A program made the translations under genes and the position numbers. A DNA stretch of 64,000 bases from Capsulimonadales bacterium (GTDB taxonomy: Bacteria > Armatimonadota > Armatimonadia > Armatimonadales > Armatimonadaceae). This document shows, one piece after another, positions 39,381 through 49,303 of the stretch. Under the pieces are notes generated by a model. It was not told the DNA's origin. It saw only the letters and a list, made by a program, of their open reading frames with translations, and did not search any database. The stretch lies in the NCBI GenBank assembly GCA_033762295.1, contig JANRLW010000062.1, positions 1 through 64,000 of the forward strand, read 5' to 3'. How positions within the stretch are numbered: the stretch's first letter is position 1; each line of letters starts with the position of its first letter.

Positions 39381-40136
39381 TTACAGGATGGCCAGGCCGC
39401 CGTCGGGCGCGAGATTCGCCCCGGTTACAAAGTCCGCCAGCGGCGAACAGAAGTACAGGACCGCATTGGCCACATCCTCCGGTTCGGCCAGCCGTCGCAA
39501 GGGAGTCCGGTCTCGAACCGCCGCTCGCTCCTCCTCCGGAAGTGACTGCGAGTACTCCGTCAGGGTCATACCGGGCGACACGGCGTTGACCGTTACCCCG
39601 CGCGGCCCGACCTCCCGCGCCAGCGTGCGCGTGAACGCCAGCACGGCGGCTTTCGCCATGGCATGCGCGCCATAGGTCGGTGCGGGACGCTGCAAAAGCG
39701 TCGCCGAAAGATTGACGATCTTTCCATGCCCCTGGGCGGTCAGAATCGGGAGCGCCGCCCGCGTGACGGTGAACACCGGCTTGACCACCGCCTGCCACTC
39801 CTCGTCCAGATCGCTCCAGTCGGAGTCCTCCAACCGTTTCGCCGGACCGAACCCCGCCGCGTTGTTCACCACAATTTCCAGACCGCCAAGTTCCGCGACG
39901 GTCGATGCCACCAGCGCGTCGGACTGCGCCCGGTCTCGCAGGTCGGCGGACAGAACCACCGCCTTCCCCCCGAACTCCGCGATCCGCCGGGCAGTCGCGT
40001 CCGCCCCGTCCCGCGACGAGCGATACGCCAGCGCGACCGCCGCTCCCTCCTCGGCCAGTCGCAACGCGATGACCGGGCCGACCCCGCGCCCCGCCCCGGT
40101 TACCAGCGCCCGCATTCCGTTCAGCAACGACGGCAT
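39381..40136 (-). CDS. SDR oxidoreductase (FabG-like; HxxxK in place of YxxxK)
   Basis: TGAGRGVG, NNAA, YGAHAMAK and NAVSPG. Confidence 0.88.
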   Translation of the reverse strand: MPSLLNGMRALVTGAGRGVGPVIALRLAEEGAAVALAYRSSRDGADATARRIAEFGGKAVVLSADLRDRAQSDALVASTVAELGGLEIVVNNAAGFGPAKRLEDSDWSDLDEEWQAVVKPVFTVTRAALPILTAQGHGKIVNLSATLLQRPAPTYGAHAMAKAAVLAFTRTLAREVGPRGVTVNAVSPGMTLTEYSQSLPEEERAAVRDRTPLRRLAEPEDVANAVLYFCSPLADFVTGANLAPDGGLAIL

Positions 40137-40279
40137 CCTGTTTTGACCTCTTCCACCGGGCAGCCTTCAACCGTCCCGATACGCTCTCCCCGCTCCTCTT
40201 TCAACGTCGGCAACCGGAGGTCGGTTCCCCACCTCCGGCTGCCGAACCCACACCCCGATACCGGGCCAACCCGGCAGGA

Positions 40280-41311
40280 TCAATCCCAGTTCAGCGAAAA
40301 CCGATAATCGCCCCGGCCCGCTTCGGGATCGGAAATCCGGATCACCGCCGTATAGCCGTTCCGGGCGCTCGGCTGCTCCACCAGTTGAATCCGACCACGT
40401 CCCTCGGTACCCACGAGCGAGACACGCACCGGACGCGAGGGCAGGCTCCGTCGAAAGGACGACCGCATATCGACGATCGGGCGCCCGCCGGTCGATTCCG
40501 CCTGAATATTGGCTCCTCGAACGTACAGCACCACCCCCTGATCGACACTCCCGCTCCAGCGAACCAGTCCGTTCTCGCGATCAAACCGGGAATCGCGATC
40601 GTTACGGGGACGATCATCATCCCGATCCCATCGGTCCCGATCCCTTCGATCTCGATCCCATCGGTCCCGGTTCCATCCGTCCCGGTCCCATCCGTCCCTA
40701 TCCAAACGATCCCAACGATCCCGTGGCGCGCCGCCGTTATCGCGACGATCCGGGTACCAGGGACCGTTTCCGAACCCGTCACGACGGAAAGAAAACGGAC
40801 CGTCCTTTCCGTACATGCCCGGATTATTGGTGCTCAGCCGCAGACGACGCTCCTCGATTCGTCCGGTGAACCGCGCGTTATCCCGACGCCCGGCGATGTC
40901 ACTCAGCTGGATCGTGAGCGCATTGCCGTCCCCGCTCCAGGTGCCCGTATGCGTGACCCGTCGATCCCGTTCCAGGTAGACATACAGGAGGGAGCCGAAA
41001 TCGTCGTCGGTCCGTCGGTCCCGCCGATAACGGCCGGATCGTTCCGCTTCCAGGACCGCGCGTCCGTCCTCACGCAAAACCAGCCGGTAACGGATCTCCC
41101 CTTCGCCGTACCCGGAGATCGACCGGGTCAAACTCCAGACCCCTCGCACCTCGTCACGATCCCGATAATCCCGATAATCCCGATCCCGCGCGTCGTAGGA
41201 CCGGTCGCGGGGAGAAACATCGACCTGAGCGCGAACCGGCGGGGCGAAGACCGGAACCGTCAGGGCGAAAGCCAGCGCGAACCACGGCGTTCGCCGCAAA
41301 AACATCCTCAT
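40280..41311 (-). CDS. Secreted protein with Arg/Asp/Trp low-complexity linker and C-terminal beta-rich domain
   Basis: Signal peptide (VRA-Q); RDxWD repeats; WSGSVD...GRG.I.L.EQP...DYRFSLNW C-terminus. Confidence 0.75.
   Translation of the reverse strand: MRMFLRRTPWFALAFALTVPVFAPPVRAQVDVSPRDRSYDARDRDYRDYRDRDEVRGVWSLTRSISGYGEGEIRYRLVLREDGRAVLEAERSGRYRRDRRTDDDFGSLLYVYLERDRRVTHTGTWSGDGNALTIQLSDIAGRRDNARFTGRIEERRLRLSTNNPGMYGKDGPFSFRRDGFGNGPWYPDRRDNGGAPRDRWDRLDRDGWDRDGWNRDRWDRDRRDRDRWDRDDDRPRNDRDSRFDRENGLVRWSGSVDQGVVLYVRGANIQAESTGGRPIVDMRSSFRRSLPSRPVRVSLVGTEGRGRIQLVEQPSARNGYTAVIRISDPEAGRGDYRFSLNWD
40615..40725 (-). repeat. Degenerate 15-nt coding tandem repeat (RDRWD/RDGWD units)
   Basis: Repeated cccatcggtcccg / ccatccgtcccgg units. 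Confidence 0.7.
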
Positions 41312-41474
41312 TGCAAAAACCCTTTCTCCGACACAGCACGACTGTTACGCTTCTACGAACCGCCGGTATCCTCCGGCGCATTTTCTCTGACAACAAACCG
41401 GGGCAAACGGTGCGGCTTCCTTGTTCGACCGCATGACTCGGGCCGTTCTCCGCCGAATTGCGAACGGCCAGCCC

Positions 41475-41502
41475 TTGCCTACGGCGATATTCGTGGTATA
41501 GT
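41475..41502 (+). promoter_or_regulatory. Sigma70 promoter of tRNA-Arg
   Basis: TTGCCT-N16-TATAGT with extended TG. Confidence 0.65.
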
Positions 41503-41520
41503 GAGTTTCGTTCGAAATGG

Positions 41521-41594
41521 GCACCCGTAGCTCAGCGGATTAGAGCATCAGGTTGCGGTCCTGGAGGTCAGGGGTTCGAGTCCCTTCGGGTGCG
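41521..41594 (+). tRNA. tRNA-Arg(GCG), CCA not encoded
   Basis: GCACCCG/CGGGTGC acceptor stem; GCTC/GAGC D-stem; TCAGG-TT-GCG-GT-CCTGG anticodon arm; GGTTCGAGTCC T-arm. Confidence 0.93.
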
Positions 41595-41603
41595 TGTGAA
41601 GCA

Positions 41604-41642
41604 CAATCGGCGCGGTTCAAAACCGCGCCGATTGCTTTTCTC
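41604..41642 (+). terminator. Intrinsic terminator after tRNA-Arg (possibly bidirectional)
   Basis: 14-bp perfect stem CAATCGGCGCGGTT/AACCGCGCCGATTG followed by CTTTTCT. Confidence 0.85.
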
Positions 41643-41679
41643 TCCTCGTTCTCTCCGTCGAACCCCGGTCGCTGTCCTG

Positions 41680-42021
41680 TCAATCCCACCGGTCGCGACG
41701 GTCCTCGCGCAGTTCGCGATAGCCGCCGCGAATCTCCCGCCGTTCCTGCCGCGCGCGATCCCAGTCGTTCCGACGGACCGCATTTCTCAGCTGCTGCCGA
41801 TCCCGGTCGATTCCCCGCAGGTCGCGGCGGATCTCCCGTCGATCCTGACGGTGATCCTGACGTCGATCCGAATCGTTGCTCCGCCAGCCCCCGATACGGC
41901 AATTCGCCTCCGAGCGTGTTCGGTTCGAATAGGTTTGCGCCTGCGCCGGTTGAACCGCCAGCCAGCCCAGGGTTGCGGCCACCAGAGTGACGGCGCCTAA
42001 CGATTTGATTACCATTCCCAT
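41680..42021 (-). CDS. Small secreted Arg/Asp-rich protein
   Basis: Signal peptide (AQA); DRREIRRD-type charged repeats; GGGAGAGAGGAG SD. Confidence 0.75.
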   Translation of the reverse strand: MGMVIKSLGAVTLVAATLGWLAVQPAQAQTYSNRTRSEANCRIGGWRSNDSDRRQDHRQDRREIRRDLRGIDRDRQQLRNAVRRNDWDRARQERREIRGGYRELREDRRDRWD

Positions 42022-42073
42022 CTGTGTGCTCCTCTCTCCCAACTTCGTCGAACCCCGCAGGGTTCTGTTTATG

Positions 42074-42100
42074 TAGACGCGTGTCCCAGCGAAAAGTTCA
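42074..42100 (-). promoter_or_regulatory. ECF-sigma-type promoter
   Basis: TGAAC-N16-CGTCTA upstream of the 42021 gene. Confidence 0.6.
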
Positions 42101-42108
42101 TCCCTCCC

Positions 42109-42990
42109 CTACGGCAACGCGCCGAGGTGTTCGGAAAACCATTCCGCCAGCAACGGTATCTCGTTCTCGATTCCCGCCCAACCGTGCCCCTTGCCCTCGC
42201 GGACGATCAGTTTGTTCGGCACACGAAGCTCTTTCAGACGGTCGATCACCGTCCTCGACTGCTGGATCGGCACCAGCGTATCGGCGTCCCCGTGAATGAT
42301 CAGGGTCGGAGGCGATCCTCCGGAAAGGCCGTAAACGGGCGAAAGGGTTCGGGCGATCCGTTCCCGTTCGGCGTCGGTCGGTGTGGCGGACATCGCGAAA
42401 ACGTGCCGGAACGGCTTCAACGGTTCATAGGACAATGCGTTACGCCCCTTCTCTCCGTAATTGACAAAATCGGTCGGAGGAAAGAGGACCGCCACCGCCT
42501 GTACCTGGCTGCCGGCCCGGTCCACCGGGTCTTTCGCCCCCGAATCGCCCGTCGCGCCGTAGGCCGCCATCATCAGGGAGAGATGTCCGCCCGCACTCGC
42601 GCCGCAGATCCCGAGCCGATTCGGCTTTACACCGTACTCGGACGCCTGCGACCGGATAAATCGGACGGCACGATGAATATCCTCCACGATCTCCGGCAAC
42701 GTGAACTTCGGCTGACTCCCGTGCACGACCTGAAACACCGTCTGTCCGCGATCGGTAAAGTATTTGCTGAGCTGCGGATTGATGGCTTTATGGTCGGACA
42801 CCCAGCCACCGCTCACCATCCAGATTACGCCGATTCCGTTGGGCTTGGCCGGCTTGAAGATGTCCATCGTCAGGGCGACGCCCATTTTGCGCCCGTAGAC
42901 GACGTCGCGCAGGTGACGGGGTTCCTCCTGCGCCCGCGCGACCGCAACCCAGAGAAAAAGAAAGAGCACACCGCCCCAACGTTTCGTCAT
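42109..42990 (-). CDS. Secreted alpha/beta hydrolase (BD-FAE/acetyl-esterase-like)
   Basis: SGGW, GASAGGHL, HGDAD and GHG; signal peptide. Confidence 0.88.
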   Translation of the reverse strand: MTKRWGGVLFLFLWVAVARAQEEPRHLRDVVYGRKMGVALTMDIFKPAKPNGIGVIWMVSGGWVSDHKAINPQLSKYFTDRGQTVFQVVHGSQPKFTLPEIVEDIHRAVRFIRSQASEYGVKPNRLGICGASAGGHLSLMMAAYGATGDSGAKDPVDRAGSQVQAVAVLFPPTDFVNYGEKGRNALSYEPLKPFRHVFAMSATPTDAERERIARTLSPVYGLSGGSPPTLIIHGDADTLVPIQQSRTVIDRLKELRVPNKLIVREGKGHGWAGIENEIPLLAEWFSEHLGALP

Positions 42991-43001
42991 CCTGGCCTCC
43001 G

Positions 43002-43955
43002 TTACGCCGCTTTCGAAAAATATCCCCCGTTGGGATCGGTACCGCCGTCCTCCGTTATCCGCCCGCTGAGCAGAAACTCCATCGGGATCGTCAAACGTTC
43101 CTGCCATGAACGTTCGCTATGCTCCGCGCCATCGAATTTTCGGGTGACCCAGTTCTCCGGAGTAAAACCTCTGGCCCGCATCAGGATATCGACGCTGTAC
43201 TGGTGTGGTTCGTACAGGGCGTCCAGTGTGGCGGTGCCGAAATCGAAATAGACGCGACACCGGTCCGGGTCCGGAAGCCGGAGGTCCAGATAGCGCAAGA
43301 AGACATCCCGGAACTGAGAGTTATTCGGTTCGTGAACGATCGGCCAGTGCGTGGAGAGGCACGCCGCCGCGCCGAAGATATGCGGATACTCGCACAACGC
43401 ATACAGGGAGATCAGTCCCCCCATGCTCGAACCGGAAATGAAGGTGTTGTCCCGATCCGGAAGTGTTCGATATGCGTCGTCGATCACCGGTTTGAGTTCC
43501 CCGGTCAGGAATCGCAGGTAGTCATCGGAATAGGAGTTCGGAAGGTAGTGCTGCTCCCGAAACCGCTCCCGATCCTGCGGCGAAAGGTATTCCAGCGGCT
43601 TGTTCGGGATGTACTCCATGAAGCGCAGGTCCGTGTTCCAGACCCCGACGACCAGGCACTCAGGCGCGCGGCCCTGTTCGATCAACCGGTGCAGGGCGCT
43701 ATCGACTCCCCATGCCACCCCGGTGTAGGAGTAGTACGGATCGAAAAGATTCTGCCCGTCATGCATATACAGGACGGGATACCGCTTCTCCGGATTCTCC
43801 CGGTAACCGGGCGGCAGCCACACATCCACGTTACGAACCTTAACATGCTCCGATTCGATATGCGGCAGACGTTCCAGCGTACCGATGCTCGGAATCGGCG
43901 GCTGCGTCACAAAACAGAGCGCGAAAAACGAAAGAAGTCGATCCCTATGGTCCAT
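43002..43955 (-). CDS. Alpha/beta-fold esterase
   Basis: YPVLYMHDGQNLFD, GSSMGGLISLY and HSERSW. Confidence 0.88.
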   Translation of the reverse strand: MDHRDRLLSFFALCFVTQPPIPSIGTLERLPHIESEHVKVRNVDVWLPPGYRENPEKRYPVLYMHDGQNLFDPYYSYTGVAWGVDSALHRLIEQGRAPECLVVGVWNTDLRFMEYIPNKPLEYLSPQDRERFREQHYLPNSYSDDYLRFLTGELKPVIDDAYRTLPDRDNTFISGSSMGGLISLYALCEYPHIFGAAACLSTHWPIVHEPNNSQFRDVFLRYLDLRLPDPDRCRVYFDFGTATLDALYEPHQYSVDILMRARGFTPENWVTRKFDGAEHSERSWQERLTIPMEFLLSGRITEDGGTDPNGGYFSKAA

Positions 43956-44017
43956 AAAAGCGCTGTCCCCCCGGCGTCAGATAGATTGCTCGCGTGCTAT
44001 TTTCACCCCAATGCATA

Positions 44018-46429
44018 TTACCGCCAGCGAACGACCGTGACGGAGCGCGGCGCGATGTTCAGGCGGAATGCCGGCGAACCGTTCTCCCGGATCACCGGCA
44101 GCGCCGCCTTAGTTCGCCGGGGCGCAATTCGTTCCGGCGTCTCGAACGAGTTTTCCGCCGAAAGCGCCTCCCCGGTCAGGGTCGTTATCTCCGCCATCAC
44201 CGTCCCTGCGTCGGCGTCCGCCCTGCCGGAAAGCGCGACGACCGCCGTCTGCGCGGTCTCCGCTCCGTTGACGACCTTCAGAACATAGTCCCTTCCCGCC
44301 CGACCCACAACGGCGTGGAACAGCGGCGTTCCCGGCTCCTCGAACGTATGCACCGCTTTCCCATCCAGGAAACAGACGATGCGAGGGCCGCGAACCTCAA
44401 CCCGGATGTCGTACCATCGCCCGGTCTCGATGCGCCCCTGTGTCTCCGCTCCGGGTGGTATGCTTTTGCCGCCATTGTGCATGCGTTCGACGGCATGGCG
44501 TGTATTTCCCCACCCTCCCAGATTCCACCAGTACAGGTTGCGATCGTCCCCGGCCCGGAACAGGATCAGAAAACCTTCCGCCCCGCCCGTCTTGCGCGCT
44601 TTCAGTGACAGCGTGTAATCGCCCCAGGACGCGTCTCCGAACATGATCCGCCGATCGTTGCCCGACTCGGTCTGCGACAGCACGTCGCCCTGCCGGTTCC
44701 AGGTTCCCGACACGATCCGTTCCCCCGTCAACGGGAACGGGGTTCCGTCGACGCCGGTGACCGTCACGTCCCGAAACTCCGCCTGCGTGTCCCACGTGCC
44801 GAGTCCCACCGCACCCCGGAGCGGCGGCTGCAACGACGTCGCTTTCCGACTCGCCTCCGTCATTTCCAGGGTTGTCGGCAGGGAAACCTCCGGGCGGGCA
44901 TGAGCGAACAATCGCTGAACGTGGTAGGAGGGAGTTCCGAAGACCGATCCGCTGTTGAAGACGATCGCATCCGGGTTCCAGGCGCGATTCTCTGCCCGGA
45001 CGAACAGCGGCGCATAGGACGACATCGAGACGACATCGGCGTTTCGCTCCATGCCGATCATAAAGGCGGCCTCGCCGAGCGCCGCATGCAGGTTCCCCGT
45101 GCCCGCCCCCTGCGTGACGGCGTACTCGCCCACATAGACCTTCGGCCCGGTTCGGGGATAGTCATCGTAACGTCGGGCGTTGCGGAAGAAGAAATCCGGG
45201 TCGCTGTAGTAATGTTCATCGATCAGGTCGTACGGTCGACTCTTCGGCGCGCCCCCCCACAGATCGGCGATAATCCGCACCTCGGGATGGTGTTTCCGCA
45301 GGGCATCGACGAACAGGGCGAACCGCTCGTCGTAGGCCGGACCGCCGTTTTCGTTGCCGATCTCGATAAACTTCAACCCGAACGGCTTCGGATGGCCCTG
45401 CTGCGCCCGCAGCGCTCCCCATTTTGAGGTGACCGGACCGTTCGCATACTCGATCGCATCCAGCGCATCCTGCACCCACGGCCCCATCTCGGCCATCGGG
45501 ACGACGTCCCGGTGGGCCATACCGCAGTTCACAACCAGCAGCGGGACCGCTCCGACGTCCTCACAGAACTGCAGATATTCGTGGTAGCCCAGTCCTTCCG
45601 TCGAACGATACCCCCACAGGCAGGCGCGACTCGGCCGAGATTCGATCGGCCCGATCGTGTTCTTCCAGCGAAAGGCCGACGCCATCGTCTCGCCCTCGAC
45701 GAAGCAGCCGCCGGGGAAGCGCAGGAAGGCGGGCCTCATCGCCGCGACGGTCGTGGCCAGATCGGGGCGCAGTCCGTTCGGGCGGTTTTTGTACGTCTCG
45801 GGAAACAGCGAGACCATATCGAGGAAGACGGTCCCGACGCCCCGGGTCGCCAGAACCAGATGGGCGTCCGTCGCGTCCGCCGTCGGCTTCAGAACCGCCG
45901 TCTGCCGTTTCCAGTCCGCGCCGGGCGCGGTCAGGGGCGCTTTCGCCAGGGTTTTCCCGAGACGATCCTGCAGGCGCACCTCGATCGGCCCACGGAACCC
46001 CGGTGTCGCGCGGGCGAGGAGCGAGAAGTCGTACCGCTTCCCTTTTCGCAGGGTGATTCCCCAGTAGCCGGTATTGGAAAGCGTCACTTCGCCCGGATTG
46101 GAGGTGATTTCCAGCCGCAGAGAGGTCGGGTTGTTCGCATGGACCGATGGACTGCGGTCCTGCCGCCAGGTCGCGCTACCGCCCTCGCTCACATTCAATG
46201 CCCAGGCGTCGGTTCCGTCGCGTCCGTCCTCGAACGAGCGGTTCCTTACCAGTTCGCCATACAGCCCGCCGTCGCCGGCATGGTTTATCTCCTCGAAGAA
46301 GACCCCGTAGAGGTAAGGACTGACCGGGGTGCCCGAGGCGCGGGCATCGGCCCGAATCACGATCGGCGCGGGCTGCGCAAGGACCGGGGCCGCTCCGAAA
46401 ACCGCCAGCATGGCCGGAATCCGTTTCAT
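44018..46429 (-). CDS. Secreted alpha-L-arabinofuranosidase (GH51) with an inserted beta-sandwich domain
   Basis: GVFFEEINHAGDGG, RFPGGC, IEIGNEN, DEHYY, GEYA and SYAPLF. Confidence 0.9.
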   Translation of the reverse strand: MKRIPAMLAVFGAAPVLAQPAPIVIRADARASGTPVSPYLYGVFFEEINHAGDGGLYGELVRNRSFEDGRDGTDAWALNVSEGGSATWRQDRSPSVHANNPTSLRLEITSNPGEVTLSNTGYWGITLRKGKRYDFSLLARATPGFRGPIEVRLQDRLGKTLAKAPLTAPGADWKRQTAVLKPTADATDAHLVLATRGVGTVFLDMVSLFPETYKNRPNGLRPDLATTVAAMRPAFLRFPGGCFVEGETMASAFRWKNTIGPIESRPSRACLWGYRSTEGLGYHEYLQFCEDVGAVPLLVVNCGMAHRDVVPMAEMGPWVQDALDAIEYANGPVTSKWGALRAQQGHPKPFGLKFIEIGNENGGPAYDERFALFVDALRKHHPEVRIIADLWGGAPKSRPYDLIDEHYYSDPDFFFRNARRYDDYPRTGPKVYVGEYAVTQGAGTGNLHAALGEAAFMIGMERNADVVSMSSYAPLFVRAENRAWNPDAIVFNSGSVFGTPSYHVQRLFAHARPEVSLPTTLEMTEASRKATSLQPPLRGAVGLGTWDTQAEFRDVTVTGVDGTPFPLTGERIVSGTWNRQGDVLSQTESGNDRRIMFGDASWGDYTLSLKARKTGGAEGFLILFRAGDDRNLYWWNLGGWGNTRHAVERMHNGGKSIPPGAETQGRIETGRWYDIRVEVRGPRIVCFLDGKAVHTFEEPGTPLFHAVVGRAGRDYVLKVVNGAETAQTAVVALSGRADADAGTVMAEITTLTGEALSAENSFETPERIAPRRTKAALPVIRENGSPAFRLNIAPRSVTVVRWR

Positions 46430-46683
46430 AAAACACCGTTTCATGGTGGGTAAATTCCCTGCGCCAGCGGAAGGATTCCTTCTCGCGACGCACCGCTTCG
46501 CTTCCCCGGTACGTGTCCGGTCGGTGAAATAGTCCTCCACCCGGCAGGAATCTCGCTTCGCACAGGCGAACAAGACGGCGGTGACCCGAAGGCTCTCCGC
46601 CGACCGGTCACGCTCTTAATACGGGTTCGCCCCGGCAGACGTACGGCTCGATTCGGCCTCTGCCGGCTTCTAAGGAGGGTAGC

Positions 46684-47736
46684 TTGTTCCACACGGGTCA
46701 TTCGCGCCGCGCCGCGCTTCGTCTTTTGGGAATCGCCGGATTCTGCCTGCTGCCGTTCTCGCTGGGCTGCCCGGCGGCGGAGAACCCCGCCCCCGGTGAA
46801 TCCGCCTCTCCGGCGACCGCCCCGGACGGCTCTCCCGCCGCGTCGACCACGAGCGGGAAATCCCTGAAGCTCGCCTTCGTCACCAACAACGCCTCCGATT
46901 TCTGGACCATCGCCCGCAAAGGCGTCGAAAAGGCGGACACCGAACTGGACAACGTGACGACCGAGTTCGTTATCCCGTCCGACGGTACCGCCGCCGAACA
47001 GCGTCAGAAAGTCGATGACCTCCTGACCAAAGGCATCGACGGCTTCGCCATCTCCCCGGTCGATCCGGCCAACCAGACCCAGATGCTCAACGAGGCGGCC
47101 AAAAAGACCCTGGTCGTCACGCAGGACTCCGACGCGCCGGAGTCCGAACGCCTCTGTTACGTCGGCACCGATAACGTGGCGGCAGGGAAACAGGCCGGCG
47201 ACCTGATCAAGGAAGCCCTTCCGAACGGCGGAAAGGTCATGCTGTTCGTCGGCAAGAAGGACGCCCAGAACGCCAAGGAGCGCGAACAGGGGATCCGGGA
47301 ATCGCTTCAGGGCAGCAAAGTGGAGATCCTCGATGTTCGCACCGACGATACCGACCGAGTCCGCGCCAAAGCCAACGTCGCCGATACCCTGGTCAAGTAC
47401 TCCGACATCGCCGGACTTGTCGGCCTCTGGAGCTACAACGGCCCGGCGATTCTGAACGCCACCCGCGAAGCCGGGAAACTGGGCAAGGTAAAGATCATCT
47501 GCTTCGACGAGGAGGAGGAGACGCTTGCCGGTGTGAAGGAGGGACACATCTCCGGGACCATCGTCCAGCAGCCCTACGAATTCGGGTACCAAAGCATCCT
47601 GCTCCTGGCAAAGGTCGCGGGCGGCGATCGGTCCGTGGTCCCCGCCGACAAGAAGAAGATCATTCCCACGCTCATCATCCGGAAAGATCAGGTCGACGAG
47701 TTCTCCGCGAAACTCAAGGAACTGCGCGGGAAGTAG
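46684..47736 (+). CDS. Sugar ABC substrate-binding lipoprotein (RbsB-like)
   Basis: AAGGAGG SD; SRRAAL plus SLGC lipobox; DSDAP, YVGTDN and QQPYEFGY. Confidence 0.9.
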   Translation: MFHTGHSRRAALRLLGIAGFCLLPFSLGCPAAENPAPGESASPATAPDGSPAASTTSGKSLKLAFVTNNASDFWTIARKGVEKADTELDNVTTEFVIPSDGTAAEQRQKVDDLLTKGIDGFAISPVDPANQTQMLNEAAKKTLVVTQDSDAPESERLCYVGTDNVAAGKQAGDLIKEALPNGGKVMLFVGKKDAQNAKEREQGIRESLQGSKVEILDVRTDDTDRVRAKANVADTLVKYSDIAGLVGLWSYNGPAILNATREAGKLGKVKIICFDEEEETLAGVKEGHISGTIVQQPYEFGYQSILLLAKVAGGDRSVVPADKKKIIPTLIIRKDQVDEFSAKLKELRGK

Positions 47737-47749
47737 GCGGAGCCGTCGA

Positions 47750-49303
47750 TTGAACCCCTCACCGGAATCCGATGCCCCGCTGCTCGCCATGCGGGGCATC
47801 ACCAAACGCTTCGGCGGCGTCGCCGCCCTCACCGACGTTTCCCTCTCCGTCCGTCGCGGCGAAATCCTGGCCCTGATCGGTGAAAACGGCGCGGGCAAAT
47901 CCACCCTGATGAAAGTCCTCGGCGGGGTTCATCGCCCGGACGCCGGGGAACTGCTCTGGGAAGGTCAGCCGGTACGTATCGGGTCCGTCACGGACGCGTC
48001 CCGCCTCGGGATCGCCTTCATTCACCAGGAATTGACCGTCCTCGACAATCTGGATGTCGCCGGGAACGTCTTTCTCGGACGCGAGCCGCGACGGAACGGC
48101 TGGCTGCTCGATCGGGCGAAGATGGAGGAAGTGACCTCCGGACTGCTCGTCCGCCTTGGTTTAAACGTCGCTCCGACCACCCCGGTCGCCGCTCTCTCCC
48201 TCGCGCAGCGACAGATGGTCGAAATCGCCCGCGCCCTGTCACAGGCGTCCCGGCTGATTATTATGGATGAGCCGACCGCCAGTCTGACCCCGGCCGAAAC
48301 CGATCGCCTTCTGGAAGTCACCCGGGACCTGCGGCAGGCGCAGGGCGTCAGCATCATCTACATCTCCCACCGCCTCGGCGAAATCGTTCGACTGGCCGAC
48401 CGGGTGACCGGACTGCGGGACGGCAAAAACGCCGGGGACCTGACCAGGGAGGAGATCTCCCAGGAACGCATGGTGCGCCTGATGGTCGGGCGGGACATCC
48501 TGCGGGAACGCAGCGAGCCGGTGCGGGAGGATCTGTCCGTCCGCCTGGAGGTTCGCGACCTTCGCACCCGGCGTTACCCCACCCGAACCGTCTCTTTCAC
48601 GCTCCGCGCCGGGGAGATTCTCGGTTTTGCCGGCCTGGTCGGCGCCGGTCGAACCGAACTCGCCGAGGCGGTGTTCGGGATCGCGCCTCCCCTGTCCGGC
48701 GAGATTCTTCTGGATGGGCAGCCAAGATCGATCCGTCAGCCGCACGACGCCATGGCGGCGGGCATCGCCCTCGTCCCGGAGGACCGCCGCCGTCATGGCC
48801 TCATTCTCTCCCTTCCGATTCGGGAAAATATCACCCTGCCGTCGCTGCGTGATCTGGCCGCTCCGAAAAGCCTCCTCGGACTGGTGAATCCGGGCGAGGA
48901 GCGAACCGTCGCCGGGGAGGCCGCCCGCCGCGCCGATGTACGCTCCGCCGCCGCCACCATTGAGGCGCCGGCCACCACGCTCTCCGGCGGCAACCAGCAA
49001 AAAGTCGTTCTGGCGAAATGGCTCGCCCGTCAGCCAAGGGTGGTCATTCTGGACGAGCCAACAAGGGGCGTCGATGTCGGAGCGAAGGCGCAGATTTACG
49101 AACGCATCCGCAAACTGGCGCACGAGGAGAATGTCGCCATCTGGGTGATATCCTCCGATATGGAGGAGGTCCTCACCCTCTGCGACCGGATCGCCGTCCT
49201 GCACGAGGGCGCCATCACGGGCTTTCTCACCGGAAGCGAGGCGACCGAGGAGAGCATCATGCGCCTCGCCGTCGGCCAGGGAGCGCAGGGAAAGAACGTA
49301 TGA
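47750..49303 (+). CDS. Sugar ABC ATP-binding protein (RbsA-like)
   Basis: GENGAGKSTL, MDEPT, LSGGNQQK and DEPTRGVDVGAK. Confidence 0.93.
   Translation: MNPSPESDAPLLAMRGITKRFGGVAALTDVSLSVRRGEILALIGENGAGKSTLMKVLGGVHRPDAGELLWEGQPVRIGSVTDASRLGIAFIHQELTVLDNLDVAGNVFLGREPRRNGWLLDRAKMEEVTSGLLVRLGLNVAPTTPVAALSLAQRQMVEIARALSQASRLIIMDEPTASLTPAETDRLLEVTRDLRQAQGVSIIYISHRLGEIVRLADRVTGLRDGKNAGDLTREEISQERMVRLMVGRDILRERSEPVREDLSVRLEVRDLRTRRYPTRTVSFTLRAGEILGFAGLVGAGRTELAEAVFGIAPPLSGEILLDGQPRSIRQPHDAMAAGIALVPEDRRRHGLILSLPIRENITLPSLRDLAAPKSLLGLVNPGEERTVAGEAARRADVRSAAATIEAPATTLSGGNQQKVVLAKWLARQPRVVILDEPTRGVDVGAKAQIYERIRKLAHEENVAIWVISSDMEEVLTLCDRIAVLHEGAITGFLTGSEATEESIMRLAVGQGAQGKNV

Noticed and set aside
40615..40725. 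Repeat as CRISPR or non-coding array
   Set aside because: In-frame degenerate coding repeat with no spacers.
29039..41594. Genomic island bounded by tRNA-Ser or tRNA-Arg
   Set aside because: No duplicated tRNA 3' end or integrase noticed, and the enclosed genes have host-like composition.
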